DNA of 64,000 bases from Mobula hypostoma (lineage: Eukaryota): NCBI RefSeq assembly GCF_963921235.1, contig NC_086097.1, positions 112,222,001-112,286,000 of the forward strand. The letters run 5' to 3'. The notes beneath the pieces were generated by a model. It searched no databases and was not told the DNA's origin. It was given only the letters and a program-made list of their open reading frames with translations. Below, in pieces: positions 50,741 through 63,451 of the stretch. A program made the position numbers and the translations under genes. Numbering within the stretch: position 1 is the first letter of the stretch; every line of letters starts with the position of its first letter.

Positions 50741-52435
50741 GAAAACAAAATATAAAGAAATGACTCCATGTTCATAACTCTTTTCATAGGCCCAGTCCTT
50801 TGTTCTGCTAATCTGGTCCCATGGGAAAATAGTTCTGTATTTTAACATTTCATCAAGGACTGCTGGGTGAGTTCTTATGATATCTAACAGTTCCGATAGT
50901 ACTACAATGGAGTATAAATAGTACAGAGGCTGTGAGTAAAATAAAGACACAGCCCAGTCACAGGGGTAATTTCATTAGCAGGATCTCTCAGGATTTTGGA
51001 GCAGTGTTAAGAATGACTAACCAAATTTTTGGAAGTGGCAGTATGAAAGATAAGTTTTGGCTCAATTCCACTATTGGGTGTTTCCAATGGCTTGTTGAAA
51101 ATACAGAGAGCGTGTCTCATAAAATCATGGCTATTTTATCAGTGTTCTTTTTCAGGGTATTAGATGTCAACCACTTCAGCTTGGGATTTCCTCAACGATG
51201 TGTCAAATCTCAGAATAAATATTACAAAATGTTTTCACTTGAGAACACTGCCTGAGTCAGTGGTGGAGGCAGATACACTCGTGAAGTTTAAGAGACTACT
51301 AGACAGGTATATGGAGGAATTTAAGGTGGGGGGTTATATGGGAGGCACAGTTTGAGGTTAGCACAACATTGTGGGCCAAAGGGCCTGTAATGTGCTGTAC
51401 TATTCTATATAAAAAAAAACAAGATTTCTACAGCTATTCAATGCAGTTATTGGGTGTGAAGAGCAGAGTTCTTCATTTTTGGCTCGCCAGAGTGATACTG
51501 ATCAAAGTTGGTCATAACCTAGGGTTTTAAGGGAAGTTGGTCCAAATATTGTAGATCACCTTATTCAGATCTTCCACATTTGGAAAAGGTTGCCTCATTG
51601 GAAAACTCTATCTGGAAATGCTAAATAAAAATGGGCAAAGTGGGAGAAAATGGAACTCAGGAAAACTGCTCAAAATCTCATGCTGGAATGACTAAATATT
51701 AAGATGGAGTTCAATGTAAGCAAACATGAAGTAGAGAACAGAAAGCCTTCTATATGATGAGAGACTTGCAGTCCATAAACATAGATCATTCAAATGTCAC
51801 AGAAAGATGAGTATTAAATCAGAGATAAAGACAATAAGAAATTATACTACAGCAATAAAAAAGTTCTGTCTAGATATCATCTAGTGAGCAGTGAACAATT
51901 CTGCGCATCACATCTGAACTGGGATTACAAGCTGGTGCTATATGGACTAAATTACAAGTAGATATAATAAAAATCAAGGGCGTATTCCCTGGAAATAGAA
52001 TGTAAAAGGACAACTTAAATGAGGCTTTCAAGCTATTGAGTGAGATTAGCAAACAATAAATATTTCAGATAGTTGGGAGTCAAAGACTCCAGGGATTTGA
52101 TCTAAAAACAGAATCCTTTGATTTTCTATAATAATTCACAGAATGCTTCCACATACAGGGGGTGGTTGAAATTTGGAACTCATTTCTACATGAATATCCA
52201 TAGAACTATCAGGTGCTACTTGCAAAATTGCATGGGAAGCACAAAGTGGTGATTTTCTGCCAAAGCAAGAACTCTAACAGTGATAATTCTTAACAATTAC
52301 AGCCAGTTCAACTGGGGCAGTTAGACTGTAAAGCTGAGAGCAGGCATCAAGGATTTGAAGTTGGGGACCTGGTACAAAAATTGGTACGGTCATATCCTTC
52401 ATGACACACAGAAACATGTGTACACTTACACGTTA

Positions 52436-52463
52436 CACGCATGCGCATGCGCGCACGCGCACG

Positions 52464-52508
<45 letters not shown>
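52436..52508. repeat. (CA)n/(CG)n alternating purine-pyrimidine tract
   Basis: Directly visible. Confidence 0.95.
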
Positions 52509-52510
<2 letters not shown>

Positions 52511-53997
52511 AGCAGAAATTTCTATTGTACGTGAAAATATTGTTTGTTTAGTGATAAATGTCAAGTAGCACATAAAAACCTTGAGCTGTGATTATTTTTA
52601 GCTTTTGCTTTTCCATTATTGTTCTCTAAATGGGCATTATACCATTTAACACAGCTTCAGCTCATTTTTTTGGGTCTATTGTTATCTTATGCTAGCAAAA
52701 TGAACTAATTTTCTCTTCTCTGTCAGAAAGTGTTATGAATGCTTAGAGTTAATCATAATAATGATAAAGTACACGACAATGATACAAATGATATCTTGTT
52801 AAAAAGTCTGCAAGTATATTTAAAGATGGCTTACAGTTAAATAACAGGATTTACAACTGCAAACCAATCTCAGTTATTGAATGTTGTGTATTGCCGGTTG
52901 AAAAACTCTGGTTTACCAAACAAAACACTTAAGATTTCAAATCAGATTCAATATTGTATATTAACAGGCCTCTAGCCTTTCTGGAATCCCAAAGCCCTTT
53001 ACAACTATATATGGATCATGAAATGATCAATTAGTTTTCTCCTTTAGATTATTTGATAGGTGGATATTGGCAATCACATTCTGGCAAGTTATTTTTATGT
53101 AGTGTTGCATTGGCACATGGGAACTCAGTTTAATACTTCATATGAAATTGTTAGAATCTATTTTATCTTCAGCAGAAATGTTTGATCTTACAAGCCTGCT
53201 CCATCATTCAGTAAGACGATGACTGATCATTCAAAGTCAGGACCTTATTCTAGCTATCTGTCCATATTCCTTGATACTTCCAGCACTGGGAATAAAATCT
53301 AACTCATTCTTGAATTAATTTGATGATTTGATTTCAATTGGCTTCTGTAGTAGAGCATTCAACAAATTTTCTGTCATCTGTCTTAAATGTATACCCCTTA
53401 CCCTGAGGCTGTGGCTCCTGGTTCTAGACTCAGTTGCCATAAGGGACACCCTCCTACATCCAGTCTGTCTAGCCCTGTAATGGCCCTCCTCAGGACTTGC
53501 ACCATAAGGTTCAAGAACAGTTACTACACCCAACCATCTGGCTCTTGAACAAAAGGGAATAACTACACTTACTTGTCTATCCATTGAGATGTTCTCACAA
53601 GCAATTATCTTACTTTAAGGACTTTTTATCTTGTTATTTCATGTTCTCATTATTTATTGCCATTGATTTATACTTGAATTTGCACAATTTGTTGTCTTCT
53701 GCGCTCTGGTTGAAATTTCATTGATTCTGTTACAGTGACTGTTCTATGGATTTGCTGAGTATGCCCACAGGAAAATGAATCTCAGTGTTTTGTGTGATGA
53801 AATATATTGAAGAGCCTGATGGTTGAGGGGTAGTAACTGTTCTTGAACCTAGTGGTGTGAGTCCTGAGGTTCTTGTACCTTCTACCTGATGGCAGCAGCG
53901 AGAAGAGAGCATGAGCCAGGTGGTGAGGATCTTTGACGATGGATGCTGCTTTCCTATGACAGTGTTTCATGTAGATGTGCTCAATGGTTGGCAGGGT

Positions 53998-54270
53998 ATA
54001 AAACAAACAAAAAAAATATCCATTGAGCGGCAGCTCTGTGGGCAAAAATGCCTTCTTAATGATAAAGGTCAGAGGAGAATGGCCAGACTGGTTCAGGCTA
54101 ACAGGAAGGTGACAATAACTCAAATGACCATGTGTTACAACAGCAGTGTGCAGAAGAACAACTCTGAATGCACAAGACATTGAACCTTGAAGTGGATGGG
54201 CTACAGCAGCAGAAGACAATTAATATACACTCAGCGCCACTTGGTTAGCTACCGGCCACTGAGTGTATAA
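53998..54270 (+). mobile_element. Tc1-family fragment
   Basis: ERQLCGQKCLLNDKGQRRMARLVQANRKVTITQ, ending GGCCACTGAGTG-TA. Same family as 22423-23036 and 56270-56540. Confidence 0.75.
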
Positions 54271-56269
54271 CATGAAGAGTATTAATCCCTGTGGTATTCT
54301 GTTTGTCATTGCCTGCCACTCGATAAAAGGTCAGTTTATTCTTATTCTTTATTTCGTTGGCCAACCAGTTCTCTACTGTATCAGCAGGTTACCTTCAAAG
54401 TCTTGCGGTTCAAATAGACCAAATCCACTGGTCTCCCATATCAATTCGACTCTCAAAATATTCCTCTAGATCTGTCACAAATAATTTTCTACTGTTAACT
54501 CTAGCAAATATAATTCCCTGTTTTTGCTCTACCTCTTTTTCAAAATATTAAGCATTAATTATCATTTTTGAGTAGAATGTAGAAAGAAAAATACAGCTGG
54601 AATTTGAATAGTCCTAATAGAATTTGGCAGGGCTTTACTAAGAAAGGAGGTTCTGCAGATGCTGGAAATCCAGAGCAACACAAAAAATACTGGAGGATCT
54701 CAGCAGGTCAGGCAGTATCTATGGAGAGGAATAAACAGGTGATGTATCGGGCTAAGACCCTTCATCAGTACTTGGCATGATGATAAGTTTTCCTTCTTTT
54801 GGGGTCAATAGGTGGCAAACTCAGTGGGCTTTGTTATTGTAACTCTGTCATTCGCTTCCCGGGTTATGTTTAATAGTGAGATGGTAAACAAAAATGTTGT
54901 TTTACCTTTAGTAATCTACCTTTGCAGACATTGCAATACTCCCTTCGAGTTACACTGACATGTGAGGCTATGTAGAGATTCAACTTCTGTTGCCAGGCGT
55001 TAACATACAGTCTTCTAACTGAGAAGCTAGAATACTTTCACTGAGTTTAGATGAACACAGTTGGAGAGGTAAATGAAAATGAAATAAGCAAAATATTTTC
55101 GGACTCATGGTAACTTTACCCACCTCTTCCTTCTCTTTTTCCCAATTCCCCTTTCTTGTTCCCCTCTTAACCCTTCTATACTCCTTTCTGGCCCACCAAC
55201 CCCTCTGGTGACCTATTTCCTTCTTTTTCTTCCATGGTACACTCTCCTCCCCTGTAACATTTCTTCTTCTTCAGCCATTCACCTTTTTCATCTCCCACCT
55301 CTCAGCTTCTCAATTCATCAGCCCCCCCCTTCAGCTGGTCTCACCTATCCCTAGTGAGTTTGCACTCCTTCCTCTTCTACCTTCTTATTCTGGCCTCTGC
55401 CCACTTCTTTTCCAGACCTGACATAGGATCTTATCCTAAAACGTCACCTGTTTATCTCTCCATAAATGCTGCTTGAGATGCTGAGTTCAACCTGTGCTTT
55501 GTGGGTGTTGCTCTGCAAAATCTCTTGTGTTTAATATTCTTGAAAGGTCTTGCTAAATTTACAGTGTCCCAAAACGTATGAACTAAAATGTCAGAAAGAA
55601 GATCATATACAGAAGTCACAAGCAGCCACAATGTCACAATGCTACTGTGCACCAAGAACTTTCTCCCCAACACCCTTTCACTATTGGAAAACTAAAACTT
55701 CCTTTCAAACTCTTTAATAAAATTTGAGAACAGACAAAGTTTATGAATGATTAATTTCATACTGGCTTTAGGAAAAAATCTACGTATAGATTGATACCTG
55801 TTCCTTTAACACTTATAAATGATGTTTTGTAATAATTATTCAGCGATGCTTGTCTAGCATCTGCACATATCATTCAATAAGATACTATTAAAAAGGAGGA
55901 TAATTTAGTGGAAACCTTCCATTTTTCTCAAGCAGAGAACTAAGATAGAAAAATGCTTAGGAATCAAGCAGACTTTTATTCTTAGCAAACACGCAAAACG
56001 CTGGAGGAACTCAGAAAGTCAGGCAGCATCTATGGAAATGAGTAAACAGTCGACATTTTGGGCCGAGACCCTTCATCAGGACTGAAAAGGATGGGGGAAG
56101 ATACCCGAATAAAAAGGTGGGGGGAGGGGAAAGTGGCTAGCTGGAAGGTCACAGGTGAAACCAGGTTTCTTATTCTTAATTATTCTTAATTCTTATCTAT
56201 TCTATAAAAACAAACCAATGATTGAAGTAATACAGAAATGCATGCATAGATAAACAAACTGACGTACTT

Positions 56270-56540
56270 TGTCCTTAATAAAGTGGCCACTGTGTATATG
56301 TTCACGGTCTTGTAGCCTATCCACTTCAAGGTTTGACATGTTGTGCATTCAGAGATGTTCTTCCGAACATCGCTGTTGTAATGTGAGCATCACATAAAGT
56401 TACCGTCACCCTCCTGTCAGCTTGAACCAGTCTGGCAATTCTCCTCTGACCTCTCTCATTAGCAAGGCATTTCTGCCCACTGAATTGCTGCTCACAGGAT
56501 TTCTTTCAGTTTTTTGTACCATTCTTTGTAAACTCTAGAG
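56270..56540 (-). mobile_element. Tc1-family fragment
   Basis: Homologous to 22460-22780. Confidence 0.7.
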
Positions 56541-56544
56541 AAGG

Positions 56545-57095
56545 CTGCTTCCAACAAGGCCTCCTTTACATTGGCGAAGCCCATCCTAAATTGAAGAACT
56601 GCTTCATCAAGCTCCTTTGAACCATCCGCCACAAGTGCAACTTCCCCGAAGGCAAACATTTTAATTCCGATTCCCATCCTCATTCCGACATGTCTGTCCA
56701 TGGCCTCCTCTTGAGTCCACCCTCAGGGTGGAGGGGCAATACTCTGGGTAGCTTCCAACCTGATGGCATGAATATTGATTTCTCCTTTCAGTAAACAGAT
56801 TTCCCCTTCTCTCCTTCTATTCCGCACTATGACCTTGTACTTCTTTGCACCTATTACTTCCCCCTAGGTCCTCTCGTCCCCTCCTCCTTCCCTTTCTCCT
56901 ATGGTCCACTCTCCTCTCCTATCAGATCCCTTCTTCTCTAGCCTTTGACATTTCCTACCCACCTGGCTTCACCTATCACCTTCCAGCCAGCCTCTTTCCT
57001 CTCCCCCCACCTCCTCATTCTGCTATCTTCCCCTCTTCCTTCTCAGTCCTGAAGGAGGATCTCGGCCCAAATTATCTATTTGTAATACTCTCCAT
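56545..57095 (+). mobile_element. Decayed Penelope 3' fragment (GIY-YIG plus pLTR)
   Basis: GLLYIGE..HFNSDSHPHSDMSVHGL..GSFQPDGMNIDF, homologous to 32770-33400. Confidence 0.8.
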
Positions 57096-58261
57096 CAGCC
57101 TGGGGTGCGGAAGGAAGAGGAAGGAGTAAATAATTTGGTTCTTTTTTTTGTGTTAAACAAGAATTATTGGCCAGGTATTAGAACAAAACGAATATGGTGG
57201 TATCGGGGCTGCTGCTTACTTGGGACAACTTCTAAAGAACAAACACTAATCACAAAAATAGCAGGGATTCTCTACATTTACTTGGGACACCATGCCACTT
57301 AAGTGGGACAGGAGACCGTTGCTGAACAGATTCTAATTAGCGTCAGTCTCATGCACTTCTGTGGTTGTTATACACTACACCTTGTTTAGAGTGAACAGTT
57401 TTAAAATACCATCAGTTGTGTGTTCTTGGGCTGATGGACACTGATTCAAAAAGCAGTAATTTTTGATCATTTTATTTTGACTTAAAAAAGTATCAGCCCC
57501 ATGTCAAGATGCCATGAGAAGTTTTCCATGAGCTGAAATAATGACCCAACAGGACCAAATTAAATTACTTATCATCAGCTGGCAGAGATGACTGGAGTGC
57601 CAAAACCTACAACTTTATGCTTAATACATCAGCAAGATAAACAGCGAGAAGATTGGACATTACCTGAGGGACAACAGAAAACATCTCAGAAATGAAAATG
57701 AGAAGGTAAGGATCTAGATGTTGAAGATGCTCTCAGTCAGTAGTCTTCCACTGTAACTGGACAAGATATGTGTGTCGGTGGACCAGTGTTAGAAAAAAAC
57801 ACAAGTCAGAGGAGCTGGCTAAGAAGCTGGTCATGAAGATTTTAAAGCAACAGTTGGTTGTTTGTCTCAATGAAAATGTTGGCATCACATGAAATTCAAG
57901 GAAGCTCATGGTGAGAAAGATAATGCTGATACTGTAAGTGCAGAAATATGGAAATCTACTTAATTCCCCAAAATTTTTGTGCAGATGATAACTACAAAGT
58001 TGGCTGTTATACTTTGTAACTCTGTAAAATTAATTGAAAGAGAAACATGGGGAGACCATGTTTATTTATTAGTTTTGTGTTTAACGTAGCAACATAGAAA
58101 ACCTACAGCACAACTCAGGCCCTTTGGCTCACTTTACTTTAAGTGAGGCATGCACATATGACGTGGTGGCATAATGACGTATGCCATTCACTTACTTTTA
58201 CATATAACCCGTGATGAATTAGTTAAAAACAAAGAATGCTTAATCAAACAATATGTGTACA

Positions 58262-58332
58262 CAGTACTGTGTAAAAGTCTTAGACACGCACATATATATA
58301 GCTAGGGTGCCTAGGATTTTTGCACAGTACTG
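58262..58332. repeat. Short palindromic MITE-like inverted repeat
   Basis: CAGTACTGTGTAAAAGTCTTAGACAC..GTGCCTAGGATTTTTGCACAGTACTG, with TA on the right. Confidence 0.7.
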
Positions 58333-60370
58333 TATTTGTCAACGTGGAACAATGAGCTAGTTTGTAAATCTGGCGGGAGAAAAGGACGTTGGGAATGGTG
58401 GTGTTAGAGTGCCATGGGAAGGGTGTAGGACAGGTGGCAGAGAAGGAGAAGCAGAGACAGGAGGGGGGTGGTTTGGTTGCGGACACATCCATCCCTGAGA
58501 CACCAGGCAAGGTCATTTGATTCCAAACAATTGATGTATTGATTATTACAAAACACCCCTCTAGTTCTTCCCACTCCCTCCCCTCTCCCTTTCCCTTTTC
58601 CCAACCACGATTCCCTTCTTTCTGCCCCCTTACAACTCTCATTCCACAATGGAGACCCATATTAGAATCAGATGAGCTTATCACAGATGATATAAGGAAT
58701 CGAACTGGCTTTGTAAAACTTATGTGTGGCATTTTCATTTAATGCTATTTTACCTTTGACATGTTTGAGTTTTCCATTGCCATCTATGAACACTGCTGTG
58801 GCATCATCCAGTACGTTTATAATTTGCTACCAGTTGACTCTTTTGCAGGGATTGTGGCATGCAAATGGTGGATGGTTCTCCAATCAAGTTGTAGTTGTCT
58901 CAGCCAATCATGGTCCCACATGCTGGGTTTCTGATTTTACCACATACTAGCCAAAAATGGCTTGTTGGTTGTTGTATTTCTCTGTTATGAATGTCATTCC
59001 TACAGGAGTTATCTTTTCTCCACTAGAAGTTCTTAGTTGGATATCTGCAGGCTTCAATTCAATATCTTTAAAATGCCATTCAAACTCAGTTTGTGGAATG
59101 ACTGAAATAGCTGAGCTGCGTTCGGTTCCATTTAAATTATTTTACTGTTCACTTCTGGCGTAAGCCACATTGCTTGTCTGTTGTTAGTTTTCACATTGTA
59201 ATTCTCAAGGGTACACAATCCTGTGTCGCCCTCATCATTATTATATTTTTCATCAACAGCATGCAGATTAGTGCTCTTTTTGAAATTTGCAACTTGATTT
59301 TTTATCTTTTTCTCTTCCCTGTGCAGTCCATTTATTTTTGTCTGCCCAACATGCTCTTTGTATTTGTCCTATTTTGTTACATTTTCTTCAGTTTCGCCTT
59401 TAAATTTGCATTAGTCTGGTGTATGTGAGCCCCTGTCTCAATGGTAACAGAATTTGATCAGCCAGGTATGTTTCTGTTTCATCATTGCAATTTTGATATG
59501 GTCACTTTCCTTTCTGACTATAACTCAATTGCGTCTGTCTGCTGTTTCCATTGATGTGTCAATTTCAACTGCAATTTTAAAGGTAAGTTGTGCTTCAATT
59601 AGGAGTCATTTTTATACGATACTACAAACTACATAATCTCAGTGCATCATTAAGTCCTTCATTGAACTGACAATTCTCCGACAATGTCTTCAATTCAGCC
59701 ACATAAACTGAAATGGACTCCCTTTCTTTTTGATTCTGCTTATGAAACCTAAAGCATTTTCCCATCAATGATGGTTTCTGTTCTAAATATTTCTGCACTG
59801 CTTTCACAATATCTGCTAAGCTCATTTTGGCTGGTTTGACTGAAATACTCAAACTTCTAAGTAACTGGTATGCTTTCCTACCTATTACACTCAGCAAAAC
59901 TGGTACTTATTTCTCATTGGCTATTCCATTAGCTTTAAAATAATGCTCAATTTTCTCAGTGTACAATATCCTTGTGTGATCGAACACGTCTATCCTTCTG
60001 ATGTAGCCAGCCATTTCTGCTCTTTTTTTAAAATTTATGATTATTATCACCCGGTACTCACTGTTTATGAACCCATGAATTTGTCTATTTTCTATTGTTT
60101 TTTAAAATCAACTCTGTCTGTCCCTCCCCAAGTAAGTACGTGCTGCATTATACTGTATTTTTACTCAATCATTTCTCACTGCACTTTCTTTCACCTTGAA
60201 TGTCTCTTTTCCCTTTGCAAAGAAAAAAAATGTACTGCATTGCAACAGGTAGGTAGTCATCTCAGTTTTGTTTTATATCTTGCTCATCACCACTGATATG
60301 TTTTATAACTCCATAAACTAATCAAAAGAAAAACATGGGCATCCTGGGATAACATGTGTAGGAAGAGGTG

Positions 60371-60408
60371 CAGTCGATGTTTCAGGCTGAGACCCTTCGT
60401 CAGGACTA
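60371..60408 (-). ncRNA. Minimal hammerhead motif (ACGU palindrome mutated to ACAU)
   Basis: UAGUC-CUGACGA-A-GGG-UCUCAG-CCU-GAAAC-AUC-GACUG. Confidence 0.7.
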
Positions 60409-61056
60409 ACTGAAGGAAGAGTGAGTAAGGGATTTGAAAGTTGGAGGGGGAGGGGGAGATCCAAAATGATAGGAGAAGACAGGAGGGGGAGGGATAGAGC
60501 CAAGAGCTGGACAGGTGATAGGCAAAAGGGGATACGAGAGGATCATGGGACAGGAGGTCCGGGAAGAAAGACAAGGGGAGGGGGGTGACCCAGAGGATGG
60601 GCAAGAGGTATATTCAGAGGGACAGAGGGAGAAAAAGGAGAGTGAGAGAAAGAATGTGTGCATAAAAATAAGTAACAGATGGGGTACGAGGGGGAGGTGG
60701 GTCCTTAGCGGAAGTTAGAGAAGTCCTCCCCCTCCCCATCGTAGACTTCTCTAACTTCCACTAAGGCCCCACCGCCCCCTCGTACCCCATCTGTTACTTA
60801 TTTTTATGCACACATTCTTTCTCTCACTCTCCTTTTTCTCCCTCTGTCCCTCTGAATATACCTCTTGCCCATCCTCTGGGTCACCCCCCCTTGTCTTTCT
60901 TCCTGGACCTCCTGTCCCATGATCCTCTCGTATCCCCTTTTGTCTATCACCTGTCCAGCTCTTGGCTCTATCCCTCCTCCTCCTGTCTTCTCCTATCATT
61001 TTGGATCTCCCCCTCCCCCTCCAACTTCCAAATCCCTTACTCACTCTTCCTTCAGT

Positions 61057-61094
61057 TAGTCCTGACGAAAGGTCTCGGCCTGAAACGTCGACTG
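61057..61094 (+). ncRNA. Minimal type I hammerhead ribozyme motif, intact
   Basis: UAGUC-CUGACGA-A-AGG-UCUCGG-CCU-GAAAC-GUC-GACUG. Confidence 0.82.
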
Positions 61095-63289
61095 CACCTC
61101 TTCCTACAGATGCTGCCTGGCCTGCTGCGTTCACCAGCAACTTTGATGTGTGTTGCTTGAATTTCCAGCATCTGCAGAATTCCTGTTGTCTGGGATAACA
61201 TGTGTACTTCTTAGTTTCATTTTTACTTTAAGTAAGGCGTGTGCATATGACGTGGTGATGTAATGACGTGTGCCATTCACATACTTTTACATGTAACACA
61301 CAATGAATTCAACAACAAAGAATGCTTAATCAGCAATATATTGTTAGTATTACTGAAATACTAAATACACAACACTGACATTTTTTGTTGTGCCATGGTG
61401 AATATTTCCCTTGGCTACAAACACACAACACTATCAGCTTGAAAGAAAGCAATGGATCTCATAATGGATTGATTATCTGCATTAGATGTCTCATTGATTT
61501 TGTTCATTTACATGCAATCAAAAGAACACAGCAGTGTACACTGGCTGAATTCGTCCATCAATAGATTTTAGGAAATAATACAGTTTTATAGTACAGTAGC
61601 TGCATTACTAGTGTTCTAAGTTTTTCTGTATTTCATTTAAATACATAGGTTGTTACTCAGTTACATGGTAGTTTGTCTTTTTATAGCCCTTTTTAACTAC
61701 TTCCATGAAACTTTGGCTAATTGAGGCAGCCACTTAATTGTGCCAAAATGTACTGGTTCCGATGTGCCCCAATTAACTAAAATTCACTGTACTCCTTTCT
61801 GGTTTCACATTTGGCCTTTACATGTAAATGCAGGCAGGCGTGACCTATCAGTCCATTTGTACCCAATGATTCCAGATGGTACTGGGATAAATGGGTATGG
61901 TTCTCATTTCAGCAAAGGAAATCATTTGAGGGTGATTGGAGGAAAATATAGAGGGGATATCAGAAGTCTGTTTTTATACATAGAGAGTGGTGGGATTCCT
62001 TGCCAGGGGTGGTGAAGAGGCACATTGGGGGCATTTAAGAAACCCCTAATGGCACAGGGATGATAGAAAGGAAGGGTTAGATTGACTAGAGAACGTTAAA
62101 AGTTCAGCACAACATCATGGGCTGAAGGGCCTATACCATGGTGTAATCTTCTACGTTCTAAATGAGGAAGAAAGATGTCTCCTTTCCCTCTTTTTCAATA
62201 CTTTGAACAAGGGATAGTGAAGTACATTAGATCTATTCTAAACAATCAGGTAGTTTCTTTGTTTATCAAATGTTTTTGTCTGAGCTTCACTAACTTGATT
62301 ATGCATTGAGAGATTTGACACAAGAGTTCACTATTCCACATGTTATTTCCAATCGATTATGCTGTATGTATGACCTATATTAGCACTCCTCTACCAGGAC
62401 ACTGTTTCTGAAAGTGCAGGACTCCCTAAAAAAAATTAAATGGCGGCTTAAGTTAAATATTTGCCCTGACGTTTTCAGTTTCATATACGGTAATTTCTGT
62501 GGTGTTATGCAATTAAAAAAGCATTTTATTTCACAGCAAAATGCGATGATGATAATGCCAATTAGGTTTTACTACCACTGTGCAGAATAAGGACGTCTGC
62601 CAAGTAAGTAAAAAAATTATATTGAATGTTGGCTCCTCTCCATTATCAAATTGTATTGCATTAAAAGTTCATTCAAAATCAATCTATATTTACCCCAACC
62701 CCCATCAACTGATATCATTTAAACTTCCGAGGTCAATGTCTCAGTCACCTTGGCCACAGCAAAGGCCTAATTAGGCCTGCAGCCACCAGCCATTCTGAAA
62801 GGACGACTGGAGGCACATTTTTGCTGTCAAAAGTGTTTGACGATTGTATTATCTAGCACACTCAATCATTGCACTAGAATTTCAAAGCAAATATACACAA
62901 CAACTGAAATAACAACACGATTAAAAAAAAACAACATAGCCCATGGTGTCAAAGAGAAATGCACACTAAGCATGAATGGAAATGATGACCAAAAGCTTGT
63001 CCAAAGTGATATTACCATGATACGGACAAGTTAAAAGAAGAAAGAAAGGTGTGGAAATAATGAAAGAGAATTTCTGAGCTTGGGGCAAGACAGCTCAAAG
63101 GTCAAAATTGAGTGATTACTTTTATGGATAACCCAGTCTAGATTATGTTCGACTGAGGAAATGGTACTTGAAGGCCTCACATCCGGGACAAAGTTCATGG
63201 TTTACCACCAGTGAATCCTGACCTCCTGTATAGCTCTAAGGCCTGGGCTGCTTTCAGTTGGCATTTCCCGGCATGGTAAAAATATGTAC

Positions 63290-63451
63290 AGTCATAGGGT
63301 ACTACAGCATGGAAACAGGCTCTTTGGCCCAACTAGTCCATGCTGACCACGGCATCCACCCTTCGAGTCCCTGTTGCCCAGATTCAGCCCATAACCCTCC
63401 AAGCTCCTTCTCTCCAAGTGCCTGTCCAAATGGATCTTAAAGGTTGCAATT
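63290..63451 (-). mobile_element. CR1 3' tail fragment
   Basis: FKIHLDRHLERRSLEGYG followed by a CR1 3' UTR. Confidence 0.7.

Larger units (their letters stand above)
60361..61189. mobile_element. Palindromic Penelope pLTR insertion
   Basis: Inverted arms at 60357-60725 and 60744-61108 with an 18-nt spacer. 17-bp TSD CTGGGATAACATGTGTA at 60344-60360 and 61190-61206. Confidence 0.92.
58005..61374 (-). mobile_element. Gypsy LTR retrotransposon remnant (gag and protease; RT and IN deleted)
   Basis: Homologous LTRs at 58005-58260 and 60294-61374 (TG..CA). PBS-like TGGTGATGAG next to the 5' LTR. Gag LSVIGRKAYQLLRSL..FRFHKQNQKERESISVYVAELK, zinc knuckle near 59340-59430, protease remnant near 59000-59130. 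Confidence 0.85.
57262..61789 (+). mobile_element. Tigger/pogo DNA transposon interrupted by a Gypsy element
   Basis: CENP-B-type HTH remnant GKDLDVEDAL..GPVL..LAKKL..DFKATVG..FKEAHGE at 57690-58004 resumes after 61374. Right TIR ..CCCCAATTAACTAAAATTCACTG-TA. Left TIR is degenerate. Confidence 0.7.
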
